64,000 nt of DNA from Hypanus sabinus (Eukaryota), in NCBI RefSeq assembly GCF_030144855.1, contig NC_082724.1, positions 48,360,001 to 48,424,000 on the forward strand. Reading direction: 5' to 3'. Made by a program: the position numbers and the translations under genes. The notes below the pieces were generated by a model. The model was not told where the DNA came from. It searched no databases and saw only the letters and a list, made by a program, of their open reading frames with translations. Positions 1 to 11,678 of this stretch are shown here, in pieces; the stretch's first letter is position 1; each line of letters begins with the position of its first letter.

Positions 1-139
1 TCCTCTTCCTTCCTGTCCACAGGCTCCCTCACGTGAAAGGATGGACTCCAGGCTTCATTTTCTTGTTGTTGGAACAAACGTGCAGTTATTCTTGTCAGTA
101 CTTCTGCTCTTCTAGCTGTCACAGTGTCATAGCATTTTA

Positions 140-400
140 AGACCACAACACACAAACAGAATTAAGCCATTCAGCCCACTGAGTCTGCTCCACCATTTCA
201 TCATGGTTGATTTAATATCCTGCTCAACCCCATTCACTGGAATTCGCCCTGCAACCTTTCATGCCTTTATTAATCAAGATCCTACTCACCTATACTTTAA
301 ATATACCTAATGATTTGGCCTCCACAGCCTGCTGCGGCAAAGAATTATACAGATTCACCATTGTCTGGCTGAAGGAATTCCTCTTCACCTTTATAAAACG
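140..400 (-). mobile_element. CR1 LINE 3' fragment
   Basis: Reverse complement of the CR1 3' end seen repeatedly in this window (gccattcagcccactgagtctgctccaccatttcatcatgg; acagattcacca). Confidence 0.75.
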
Positions 401-934
401 TGGTTAATGTTTGCAATAGAAAAGCTGCAGACTTCTTACAGTGACTAACGGCTGATCCCTCAGCTTCTTGGCAACACTGTAACAGTGAAAGGAAACAGCT
501 GGGGAAAGTACAGGCAGTCCTGTTGTAGTTGCTCTGCAGTACAGTTTTGTTTGGATTGTTTCTCCTTGAATGATTTTACTTAGAGTCATAAGTGAAATGC
601 AGCAGAGAGTGAATGGAAAGTTCAGATTATGTTTACTGATACTGCAGTCAGATTACTTGTTCTGTAAAAAAAGGTAAATTGAATGGCTGGAGATATGACT
701 GAGTCCTGGTAAGTGAACATTTGTTCAGCACACAGATATATCATTTCAGAATTTTCTGTGTTACAACAAATTCTCCTCATTTTCCTAAACTCCAAAGGAT
801 ATGGATTTAAATTCTTTATTACACCTTGAGTTACCGGGCTTGTATTGCATTGAGGAAATACTAGCAATTGTGGTTGTTTGTTAGTCATTGAAGAAATAAC
901 AGGCAGAAGAAGCAAATGAGAGTGGTTTTAACTT

Positions 935-1878
935 ATTTGGGTTGTCTGAAGGCCTTTGGCAAGGTGGTGCACATGAGGCTGCTAAACAAGGTAAGTGCCC
1001 ATGGAAAAGACAAAAAAGATATAGCATAGATAGAATATTGGCTGACTAGCAGAAGGTAAAGAGTGGGAACAAAGGGAACTTTTCTCGCCAGCTGCTGGTG
1101 ACTAGTGGTGTTCTGCTTTTTTTCACATTATATATCAATGATTTGGATGATGGCTTTGTGGCGAAGTTTATGGATGACAAGAAGATAGGTGGAAAGGAAG
1201 ATAGGGTTCAGGAAGTAGGGATTCTACAGAAGGGTGGAGACAGATTATGAGAATGAGCTAATTAGTGGCAGATGGAATATAGCATAGGTAAGTGCATGGT
1301 CAAGCAGTTTAGGCGAAGGAATAAACTATTTTCTAAGAGGAGAGAATAATTTAGAAATCAGAGGTGCAAAGGGAATTGGGAGTCTTCATGTAAGGTTCCC
1401 AAAATTTAACTTACAGTTTGAGTTGGTGTTAAGGAAGGCACATACAATATTAGCATTCATTTTGAGAGGAATAGAATATAAAAGCAGGGATGTAATGCTG
1501 AGGCTTTATAAAACATTTGTCAGACTGCACTTGGATTATTGTGAGCAGCTTTTTCCCCTTATCTAAGAAAAAGTGCTGACATTGGAGAGGATCCAGAGGA
1601 ATATCTCAACAATGATTCTGGGAATGAAATGTTTGACGTATGAAAAACTCTGTACTTGTTCTTGCTGGAGTTTAGAAGACGGAGAAGGCATCTCATTGAA
1701 ATCTAACAAATATTGAAAGAGCTAGATAGAGTGGATGTAGAGAAGGTGTATCCTATAGTGGGGAACCAGAGGGAACATCCTCAGAATACAGGGACATCCA
1801 TTTAGTCCAGAGGAGCTTCTTTAGCCAGAGGATGGAATTCATTGCCACAGACAGCTATGGATGCCAAGCCATTGGGTA
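935..1878 (+). mobile_element. CR1 LINE, degenerate ORF2/RT part, interrupted by a Tigger element
   Basis: Decayed KAFDKVPH, FADDTK and RPHLEYC-type codons; homologous to the CR1 at 19265-20856; resumes at 4154. Confidence 0.85.
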
Positions 1879-1950
1879 CAGGTAGTCCTGAGTTACGAAT
1901 GTCCGACTTACGGAAAACTCGTACTTATGAACCGAGGAAGGAGAACGCCG

Positions 1951-2026
1951 CCCGCCATTTTAAGTTGGATCGCGATGACGTCCACTATTTTAAGTCAGAT
2001 CGCGATGATGTCTGCCATTTTAAGTC
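1951..2026 (+). repeat. 30-bp subterminal tandem repeat (2.5 copies) of the Tigger element
   Basis: Units at 1951, 1981 and 2011 share (g/a)c(c/t)attttaagt..gatcgcgatga. Confidence 0.85.
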
Positions 2027-2118
2027 CTTGTCATTGACACTGTGTTGAGTGTTTAACTTTGTATTTGGCTTAAATTTTTCTTAGTAAGATTCGTCCTGAC
2101 CCCGCCCCCCCCCCTTCC

Positions 2119-2246
2119 GGTCGGCTGGTGGCGCAGTGACATCAGCGCCGGGCTGGAGAACGGAGGTTTCCGAGTTTGATTTAGTGACAGACCACACCCG
2201 TGCCGGGTTGATGTCGAGCACACAACTCGACCTCGTAAAATAAAAC
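2119..2246 (+). mobile_element. tRNA-headed SINE fragment embedded in the Tigger element
   Basis: A-box-like GGTGGCGCAGTG and B-box-like GAGTTTGATT, followed by an RTE-5'UTR-like motif (gggttg...caactcgacctcgtaaaa). Confidence 0.55.
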
Positions 2247-2459
2247 ACTGCCACTTCCAGTTTAAATTCCCACGTGGAATATTGTGGAGGATCAAATACC
2301 CAAACCCAGCACAGCCCCCACTTGTCCCATTTAACCTGTCTCAGTGTGGTGAAGTTTAGGACCAGGGGAAATCAGTGCGGTGGTCCTTAGGACCCAGTGG
2401 ACCTCGGGAGCTGGTGGTGCTGGGGACCCGCCACACGCAGTGTTTCTGTTCCATTGACA

Positions 2460-2680
2460 AGAAGCGAACGTGATTGAAAATAAAGTGGAAATAGTAAAGC
2501 GTTTGGAAAGAGGTAAAACACCATTGGTCATTGGAAAATCGTTAGGCTACAGTCGGTCAACGATCGGAACAATTTTAAACGATAACAGATAAAGTGAGAA
2601 TAACGGAGCATGTGAAAGGCCCTGCCCCGATGAAAGCTACAATTATTACTAAGCAACACAGAGGTTTAATTATTAGAATA
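2460..2680 (+). pseudogene. Tigger transposase N-terminal CENP-B-type HTH remnant
   Basis: Translates (with a frameshift) as IENKVEIVKRLERGKTPLVIGKSLGYSRSTIGTIL...KVRITEHVKGPAPMKATIITKQH. Confidence 0.75.
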
Positions 2681-2757
2681 CATACATTTCTTAAGTGTTT
2701 TATATGCATAGAAAGATAAAATATATACTATATACTAAGACAAACGTTTGACTAACT

Positions 2758-4044
2758 CAGGGGTGGACAAACTTTTTGACTTGAGGGCCACAAAGGGTTC
2801 TAAAATTTGACAGGGGGCCGGACCAGGAGCAGATGGACAGAGTGTTTTGGTAATACACCTCATAAGAGAAAATAAAATACCATGGGATATGTAGAAAACA
2901 TGTGCTTTAATTTCAATTGAAAATGAACAAATGCATTACAACAAAATATCTATCTTTGAAGTCCCATGGTATTTAGCTATTTATTGAAATGACTTTTAAA
3001 ACATTGAAAATTAAATGAATAAAATACAGCTTTTTTTAATAGTAACAGTTATTATTTTAAAGCACTGAAAATTCTGTTATCCTTCAAGATATTATCATCA
3101 TCACTCTCCTCCTGACTGTCTTTATTTCAAAAACGGTAGGAGATGTAGGTCTACTTGTCCTGCTCCTTCTTATTCAATTGTCCCCTGTGCCAAAACTCAA
3201 CAACGACCCACACAATGACAGAACAGTGAGAGCGCGCCAGTATGCGGAGCACGTTATTTGATCTGGAGCGCATTTTTTATTTTGAGAACGTACGTGCACC
3301 TGCTCACTACTCATGTCCATCACTTAACAGAAATGACATGTAACATGTAAGGCTTATTGAAAAAAATATTTTCAAATGCATTTTTTACAGAACACAACAA
3401 AGAAACTTATTTTTAATTTCAGTGGGAACAGTGTTGTTGGTCTCCCTTTTTAGCCAGCACATCAAAGTCTGGATTTAGTTTTGTTGTGGCGATTCTCAGG
3501 ATGGATCTGAGGTGTTGGTCAGTTAACTTGGATCTGTGGCTGGCTTTGTTGATGTTCATGACGCTGAACGCCTGTTCACACAAATAGATCGAGCCGAACA
3601 AAGAGTAAAGCGCAAATGTAGAGTAATATGCTGCACCTCAACAAAGATCAATGTGTAGCGGTGTGCTACATGCAGCGCTAAAATTACGACACGGAGTTGG
3701 TAACTGCAGTCGAAGAAAAAACTTTATTCGAAATCCCCAGCCTCACTTTTAAGCCTCCCTCAACCTGCCCCCCTGCGCAGAGACTCCAAAGCTCTGTGCT
3801 CGCAAATCCCCGCAGGCTATCTCCCTTAGCCGGAACGCTGGCTAATTGTGAGTCGGTTCGGATGTGCCAGGAAATGGGTCGCCACAAATGTATATAGTGT
3901 GCGTCATCTATTGGGAAAATGCCAGAATTGCGGGGAAAAAACGTTAACAAGGTTTATTAATATAATTTCATCAAGTTCTGCGGGCCGGATTAAAAAGCTT
4001 AACGGGTCGCATATGGCCCACGGGCCGTACTTTGCCCATGCCTG
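2758..4044 (-). mobile_element. Internally deleted hAT (Charlie/Buster-type) transposon
   Basis: TIRs CAGGGGTGGACAAACT / (revcomp) CAGGCATGGGCAAAGT; perfect 8-bp TSD GACTAACT at 2750-57 and 4045-52. Confidence 0.92.
3419..3601 (-). pseudogene. hAT transposase C-terminal dimerisation-domain remnant (GTF2IRD2/Charlie-like)
   Basis: FGSIYLCEQAFSVMNINK...RSKLTDQHLRSILRI matches the FGSTYxCEQxFS...RSxLTD motif. Confidence 0.88.
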
Positions 4045-4153
4045 GACTAACTGATGCTAAATGATACTGGATGTACTTGTTCTGACTTACGTACAAATCC
4101 GATTTAAAGACAGACTCAGGAACGGAACTCGTACGTAACCCAGGGACTGCCTG

Positions 4154-4327
4154 TATATTTAAGGTGGAGCTTGATACATTCTTGATTAGTAGTGGTGACA
4201 AAGGTTACAGGGAGAAGGTATGAGAATGGGGTTGACAGAGATAATAAATTACCTATGAGTGAATGGAGGAGCAGACTTGATGAGCCAAATGGCCTAATGC
4301 TGCTCCTATGTCTTATAGTCTTATAGC
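4154..4327 (+). mobile_element. CR1 LINE 3' end (continuation of 935-1878)
   Basis: gagcagacttgatgagccaaatggcctaat... ending in an 8-nt tail repeat (tcttatag)2. Confidence 0.85.
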
Positions 4328-4769
4328 ATGGACTCTGTCCATGCATTGTCCATTCAAGTCACAAACCATGTTGTTAGTGGACTGCAGATCTTGCATTGTA
4401 TACTCTCCCTGTTTGTCCTGTTGGTTTAAAGCACTCGGCATGGAATGAAGCAATTCACCTGCTATTGGAATACAAGGCATGTGCTGTGTATAGCTACAGA
4501 TGAGGTAGGCATTGAAAGATCTGAATCAGTTCTAGTTGGAGTACATTAGTGGTTGTAAGTGCTCAATCCATTGTAAATGATGTGCTTCACAATGGGAATA
4601 ATGCACACATCCACTCCCCTGGTATTCTCCCACAAAGGAGAGTCACAGGTAGTATGTTGTCTTTGAACATGCAGCATCAGTAAACACCCTGGTGTAAATC
4701 CACGATATGGTGTATACTTCATCAACTCAAGGTTAAGCCTTTGTGGCTGTTGTATCCACAGGAAGATGA

Positions 4770-5060
4770 GCAAGAGTAGGCCACTTGTCCGTCCTGTCAT
4801 TCAATATGATCCAGGTTGATTCATCCCAGTCCTCAATTCTTTATCAATGCCATTTCTACAAAGCCTTCAATCCTCGATCGTTCCGATATATCTACCTTCA
4901 ATGATCTAGCTTCCTTAAAATCTCCAGGGATTCCACAGATTCACACCTTCTATGAGAAGAAATTCCTCACCTCCTTAACGTGTAATTCTCTCCTGCTATT
5001 TAAGACTCTCCCATGCAGGAGAACAATCCAACATCTACCTGTAGTCACCTCCTTGTACAT
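4770..5060 (-). mobile_element. Old CR1 3' fragment
   Basis: Degenerate agtaggccac..., ttccacagattcacaccttc...aagaaattcctc motifs. Confidence 0.55.
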
Positions 5061-5402
5061 GTGATCTAGGAACTGACATTCAAGAAATATTCTCTGTGCA
5101 GACTTGCTGACACAATCTGATAAATCATACCCTTTATATTGCCAGTCTTCTGCAGTCTCAATGCACTGCATTACAATTTCCCTTCAAAAGTTATTACTTA
5201 CATCGACAATTTCACTCTGTTGTCTGGGATATTATTGAACTCCTGTTGCATCAGCTGTCCTATTTTAGCTCTTTATTAAGAAGTTGAAAGATAAATGAGG
5301 TCCAGATAAGGACAGGCAATATGAGCACAGAGCATCAACTTATCTGATACAAGATACTAAACTAGTTTTCCCTTATTTATTTTGATCCATTGCACAAGGA
5401 GC

Positions 5403-5690
5403 CACAGAGTGTAGAAACAAATACTTCAGCGTATTGAGCCTGCACCAGCCATTAAGCACCTGCTTATCCTATTGTATTCTCCTCATATTTCCATCATCTA
5501 CTCACCTGTATTTTACCACTCACCTATAGAGGACCTGTAACTTACAGTGGCCAATTCCCCTACCAACATGCACAGTTTTGAGATGTGGGTGGAACCTAGA
5601 AACTGACACATACAAACTGCACTCATGCTCATCATTGAACCCCTGAGCTGTGAGACAGTGACTCTACTAGATGCATGCCAAACTGCACAA
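5403..5690 (-). mobile_element. V-SINE/HE1-like tRNA SINE
   Basis: Reverse complement of V-SINE core (tggccaatt...ctaccaacatgcac..ttttgagatgtgggtggaac), B-box region 'attgaaccc' and CR1-type tail. Confidence 0.6.
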
Positions 5691-6080
5691 TACATCCAGC
5701 ACTTCAATGTCAACCATTAATCAGTGGGTAGGAATTGAGCCTCAGGATTGAGTAATGATCTGAGTAAATATCTCACATGTTTCAGAAAACTGGTTATGTT
5801 GTTGGCAATGTCAACTTTCAGGTATGTGTTTTGATTAAGACTCTTTCTACTCTTGGTCATATGCCAATGCTTCTGTTTGTAGAAGAGCAGGGACTTTTTC
5901 AACAGTATGCTGGAAAGTGTTTTTTTGCTCTTTATCAAAGCATATTGACCATAAATTGATTGGATTGTTTCTTGTTTTGCAACTGTGGCTGCTCTTCTAA
6001 AGTCTTTATAAACTGTCAAGCGGTCTTGCAAGATGTTTCACAAAAATCTACTTCTTTGTCTATGCTTCCGTTTTACATTA

Positions 6081-6456
6081 CTTCTCCGAGGAATATCACC
6101 TTGTCATAGTGGAGCAGCTTGTGATTTCCTGAGGTTCTGAGAGTGATACCATCTGGAGTTTAGGTCCTGGTAGGGTCACCATGGCGTCAAGGTTCAGAGG
6201 GTGGTTCCAGACAAAGATGATGAAAATTCACAACAGGCAGAGAAGATGGAGGAAGGCTGCCACAGTGAAAGGTCTGTAGTCATCTTGCATTCCATGCCAC
6301 TGGACCCTGACCCTGATCTATCAAGGACTGTGTGGTTGGTGCTCATGCATCAGCCTCCCCATGTTAAACTAAGTCACACACAAGCATTCTCCATTAAGGC
6401 AATAAACCCTTAGGAGAACATCACAATCAACTTCTGTGATCACACCACTACTACTA
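6081..6456 (+). mobile_element. RTE-derived short non-autonomous retroelement
   Basis: Head resembles RTE/Expander/BovB 5' ends (caccttgtcatagtggag...cctggtagggtcaccatggc...ccagacaaag); ends in a (CTA)n tail. Confidence 0.6.
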
Positions 6457-7094
6457 TTTCACATCTATCTTGCAGTCCATTTACTGCTCCATCCCTGACA
6501 TGCAACCAAACAACAAGAGGACAATGATATATTCCCTTTAGTATTCCTAATGGATTAATATATTTTCTGAAGTATTTATATACATGTTAATTTCTTAAGC
6601 ATCAGTTCTATGGCTGGTGCATTTATATTGCAGCCAAAGATTTATAAGATGATGATTGTATAAGGTTGGTGAAATCTGAAGGGTAGAAGAAACCCCCCCC
6701 CCCCCCCCCACTTAGTGCTGCCTTGTGATTTGGTATTCTCCATGCATTCAGCACGAATGTGCTGTTTCTTGCTACCTTGTGATTATAGGTGGAATTTGAA
6801 AAACTATAGCTTCAACCCTAGAGTGGATTTCACACCATTAAATTTTTGGGCACAATGCATATAAATTTGACTGAGATCCATTTCAAGGTCAAACCACAAC
6901 AGAAGCAACACTGGAACGGGCACTGCTGTGCACAATTCATCGGAGAGTATCCGAACCTTTTCAAGAGTCAGATGTACACCTGAAGTTATTTTGATTTTGC
7001 TAATGTTCCTTCCACCCATTCAGGATTAAAGAGGAGCAGAAAACGTGTTGGAACAATTAATGCAAGTCGAGGAGCATATAATATGAGGCCACCT

Positions 7095-8093
7095 TGTCAG
7101 GAGCGGGGCCGGATGGACCCAAACGCAGGATGCAGACACTGAAGTACTAGGGGGAGGACAGGATGGGGATGCCATGGCATTTAAGGGTAGAGCTGGGGTT
7201 CAGGTAGATAGAGTGTCAGGCAGGCAGAGCGGAGCAGGCTCCCGGAGTTCAGGCAGGCAGAGCGGAGTGGGCTCCTGGAGTTCGAGTTCAGGTAGATAGG
7301 TCTCCAGGGTTCAGGCAGGCAGGCAGGCAGGTCCCCGGGGTTTGGGTAGGCAGGCAGACAGGTCTAGGTGGCTAGATAAGCTGACGGAGAGCCCACCCTG
7401 TGTGGGCCGCATGTATCCCGGGTAAGGCTGCCTCCCAGGCGGAAACACTGGAGGCCTGGGCACGACATAAACCCCTAGACGGGTGTGGGGCACAATCCCA
7501 GAGTTCGGGCGGAAGAGGAGGATGGGGCAGATCCCTCGCCGGGCAGCGGCAAACCTGCCGGGCCTGCCCGATGGGGGCAAGGGATAGGAACGGTCAGAAC
7601 CACTGCCGGGCAGAGGCAGGTCGGCAAGGGTAAGGAACGGGCATAGGTCTAGGGTGACCAACACAACAGCCATGATAGCAGGAAAGTCAAGAAAGGCTGG
7701 CTGACAGCGCGACCGCGCAAACAAAACAAACAAGCGGAGAAGCGGGACCAGCGCATAGGAAGAAAGGTGGGGGAGCGGACCAACCTGGCAGTACTGGTAC
7801 GGGCAGAGAAGCCTGATGAGGTGTGGATCTGAGCCCGGGTGGGATAACTGAATGCAGAGAAGAGTTCAGAGCCAGCGGAGAAACAGAACAAAACGACCAC
7901 CCGTCTGGTCCCAGTCCCAAGGCCCCTTATAAACACCTGCAGCTCAATGAGTCACAGTTGTGCCTCCTTGAGCCAGGAGGGTCCTAACTAGTTCATGGGT
8001 GACGGGAGGGACAACTGCAGGACCCGGAGTCCGGAGCACTTGGACCGGATCGAGACCCGGAACGCGGATTACGGACCGGACTGGACCCTGACA
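7095..8093 (-). mobile_element. Solo LTR (Gypsy/BEL-type), GC/CpG-rich, ~1 kb
   Basis: TGTCAGG...CCTGACA inverted termini; perfect 5-bp TSD CACCT (7090-94, 8094-98); TATA-like site on minus strand (~7930); internal short tandem repeats. Confidence 0.88.
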
Positions 8094-9399
8094 CACCTAT
8101 AGACTTTTTCTTGTTTGTGATGTAATGTGAGTTTATGGTTTTGATTGCTACCTATTGGGAGACTTTACTGAAATATTGAGACCTGACTAGACAGCTTCAG
8201 AAGTGACTATACAACCAGTTTCCAAAGTCATGTTAAGACCTGGTGCGTTTTCTGGCATTAAGCTACTGAGATGCCCATTCAATAAGTGCCTTAGTCATGA
8301 CATTGCTAATGTAGTCTGTCACAGAATGCATAAATATGAACAAGATTGCACTCTCAGCAGTGGGGAGGTGGTTAGGTATTTTGGGATCATGAGACATATT
8401 CATGAGACATGAGACGTGTGACATAAGCCCATTAGTCCAAAGCGTACACTCACTGAGCCTTCAGTGATTTTCTCTGTTGAACAATGCATTGGCAGTACCT
8501 GGGCTCATCCAAGACAGACTTAGAACTTGCTCTCATAGCTGGACTTCCATGGAGGTAAAAGTTTTCAACTTCCTCATCAAAGTATCCTTTCCAAAGACCC
8601 TCAAAATATATCTCTAAAGTCTCAAGGATGGTCATGCAGGCAATATACTTGTAATAAATGATTTAACGTACTTTGATTTGCATGAGACACTGAAGACTTC
8701 TTATGCATAGGGATTTTCCAGCCTTCCTAGTTCCCCTCAGATGTCTTCACCTAGGAACAGGACTACACAGCACCTGTTATTTGGGAGCCACGTAGTTCAG
8801 ATTTGACCTTATTGGAGGTGATTTCCAGGTGAAGTCACAGAGTATGCAAAATTGGACCAGATACTGTTCCCAATGGTAGCTATGCATCATTAGCCACAAA
8901 GGTATCACTATGAAGCCTCTTCTGTAAAACCTAGAACTTTAGGTGAATTTGATAGATCACCACTAGACCATAAGAATTCATTGCTCATGGTAGGCACTGT
9001 ATTTCTGGGAAATGTACAGGTATGTACTGGGAGAATCTGAGCACCTAGTCATCTTTAGCTGGTAGTGGGAACAAGGATTTCTCTACCTTTGTGGCTGCCA
9101 TGTCAGCACACCCTCTAAACTTAAAATCTGAGCATTATCACAAAAGGCACATGGGAAAATGCTACTGGTATAATGTTACTGCATTAGTTCTGGAGGCTCC
9201 CTGCAGTACATGCTCAACAAACACACAGACATTGTCATTGTCTGGCATAGGCTGTACAACATTGTCAATCAAGATCTGTGCTGGAGGAGTCCTGGATCTC
9301 AATGGTTTTGAGGGAGAGCCTGGAGAGGAGATGGACAGTGAAGGCTACTCCCAGGAATTTGTGACTTCATGATCTTGCCTTGCAACAGAAATATGAAGT

Positions 9400-9532
9400 T
9401 GGACAGATGAAGGGTCTCAGCCCAAAAAGTCAACTGTTAACTCTTTTCCATTGATGCTGGTTGACCTGCTGAGTTCCTCCAGCATTTTGTGTGTAATTCT
9501 TGAGCTTCCAGTATCTGCAGATTTTCTCATTT
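9400..9532 (+). mobile_element. Penelope terminal-repeat fragment with decayed hammerhead
   Basis: Homologous to 14700-14825 (gatgaagggtctcagccc...gacctgctgagttcctccagc). Confidence 0.8.
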
Positions 9533-9886
9533 TCATGCAAGATTGGAGAGGCAGTTCTCTGTCATAAAGTTGATAAATCTCAGCCAGTCTAGGTTCAACA
9601 AAAAGATAAGGAGCAGAGTGACATGATACATTTGCTCTTCACTATCTGACACTAAGCCCAGCTCTCCCATGTACGCTAAGTCCTGGAAGTACTGCAATTT
9701 AAATAGTTAAAAACCAGCCATTCCATCAGGAATTACAAATAATAGTCAGCCATATCCAGCCCTATACCTCATGTTGAGCTTCTTGTTATGTGCACAATTC
9801 AAGGAGGTACATGTAAAATTAAAGACTTCCTTGCAGTAGTGTCACAGTCACATAGTTTCAGACAACACAAAACACCCCAGAAGAGG

Positions 9887-10168
9887 TTGGTATGGTAGCA
9901 TAGTGGTTTTTGTAATACTAATAATGAGTGGATAGAGTAATACTGCTAATGAGCTAGTGACCTGGGTTCATTTCCCGCTGTAGTTTGTGAGGGGTTTGTA
10001 CATTCTGCCTGTGAACACATTGGTTTCCTCTGGCTGCTCCAGTTTCCTCTCACATTCCAAAGATGTATAGGCTGGTAGATAAATTGGTCACATGGGTGTA
10101 ATTGGGCAGCACAGGCTCATTGGGCAAAAAGGTCCTCTTATGGCTCTGTGTCTCTGAATAAAATAAAA
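9887..10168 (+). mobile_element. V-SINE/HE1-like tRNA SINE with CR1-type tail
   Basis: A box tggtagcatagtgg, B box gggttcatttcc, V core ggtttcctctggctgctccagtttcctctcacattccaaaga, A-rich end. Confidence 0.8.
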
Positions 10169-10179
10169 GTGAACACAAA

Positions 10180-10760
10180 TCATAGAAACATAGAAAACCT
10201 ACAGCACAATACTGGCCCTTCAGCCCACAAAGCTGTGCCAAACATACCATTACCTTAGAAATTACCTAGGGTTACCCATAGCCCTTCATTTTTCTGAGCT
10301 CCTTGTACCTGTCCAGGAATTTCTTAAAAGACCCTGACGTATCCGCCTCCACCACTGTCGCCGGCAGCCCATTCCATGCACTCACCACTCTCTGCATAAA
10401 GAAAACTTACTCCTGGCATCTCCTCTGTACCTCCTTTCAAGCTTAAAACTGTGCCCTCCCGTGCTAGCCATTTCAGCCCTGGGGAAAAAAGCCTCTGATT
10501 ATCCACATGATCTCATCATCTTATACACCTCTATCAGGTCACCTCTCAACCTCCATCGCTCCAAGGAGAAAAGGCCGAGTTCACTCAACCTATCCTCACA
10601 AGGCATGCTCCCCAATTCAGGCAACATCCTTGTAAATCTCCTCTGCACCCTTCTATGGTTTCCACATTATTCCTGTGGAGAAATCTCCTCTGCACCCTTT
10701 CAATGGTTCCCACATCCTTCCTGTAGTGAGGTGAACAGAACTGAGCACAGTTATACCACA
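10180..10760 (-). mobile_element. CR1 LINE 3' fragment (second subfamily)
   Basis: (catagaaa)2 tail; minus-strand peptide YNCAQFCSPHYRKDVGTIERVQRRF; internal ~47-bp tandem duplication. Confidence 0.85.
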
Positions 10761-11124
10761 CAGTGATGAAAATAAAGACAGTAGAGAACAAAACATTACT
10801 GCAAGAAAAAGTACTTTCAAATGTAAGTTCATGGTAATGCAAGATGTTTGTCGCTAAGGTAAGATAGGGTTGTTTAGGCTGGTTCAAGAAATTTTCCATC
10901 ATAGGAAAGTTGCTGTTCCTGAACCGGGTGATACAGGACTTGCAGAATATGACCTTGTGGGTACAAATTTTGCAGAAACTGCAAAAGCACAAATTTGCAC
11001 AGAAATCCAAAACAAAATAAAGATTGTTGGGGTTGCTCAGCAGTTCAGACAACATCTGTGGAAAGGAAAAGTAAATTAAGATTTCCGGTCAATAGCTCTG
11101 GTTGTCCAGATAGATCATACAGTT

Positions 11125-11678
11125 CAGACAGACAGACAGACAGACATACTTTATTGATCCCGAGAGAAATTGGGTTTCATTACAGCCGCACCAAGAATAG
11201 TGAAGAAATATAGCAATATAAAACCATAAATAATTAAATGATAAGTTAATCATGCCAAGTGGAAATAAGTCCAGGACCAGCCTATTGGCTTAGGGTGTCT
11301 GACACTCCGAGGGAGGAGTTGTAAAGTTTGATGGTCACAGGTAGGAATGACTTCCTATGACGCTCACTGTTACATCTCAGTGGAATGAGTCTCTGGCTGA
11401 ATGTACTCCTGTGCCTAACCAGTACATTATGGAGTGGATGGGAGTCATTGTCCAAGGTGGCATGCAACTTGGACAGCATCCTCTTTTCAGACACCACCGT
11501 CAGAGAGTCCAGTTCCACCCCCACAACATCACTGGCCTTGCGAATGAGTTTGTTGATTCTGTTAGTGTCTGCTACCCTCAGCCTTCTGCCCCAGCACATG
11601 ACAGCAAACATGATAGCACTGGCCACCAAAGACTCGTAGAACATCCTCAGCATCGTCCGGGAGATGTTAAAGGACCTT
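11125..11678 (-). mobile_element. Rex1/Babar LINE 3' fragment
   Basis: ORF 11282-11653 (MFYESLVASAIMFAVMCWG...SHPLH...RKSFLPVTIKLYN) is typical of the Rex1/Babar ORF C-terminus; (TCTG)n tail. Confidence 0.85.

Larger units (their letters stand above)
1879..4153 (+). mobile_element. Non-autonomous Tigger/pogo DNA transposon
   Basis: Imperfect TIRs CAGGTAGTCCTGAGTTACG / CGTAACCCAGGGACTGCCTG; TA TSD (1877-78, 4154-55). Removing it restores CR1 'attgggTAtatttaagg'. Confidence 0.9.

Noticed and set aside
1951-2026. CRISPR-like 30-bp repeats
   Set aside because: The units are directly tandem with no spacers, lie inside a eukaryotic DNA transposon, and there are no cas genes.
7311-7936. Several 77-140-aa ORFs
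   Set aside because: They fall within a GC-rich solo LTR where stop codons are rare; no recognisable domains.
8640-9390. Possible very old Tx1-like remnant
   Set aside because: Only a faint motif resemblance (LNKHTDI); too degenerate to support a call.
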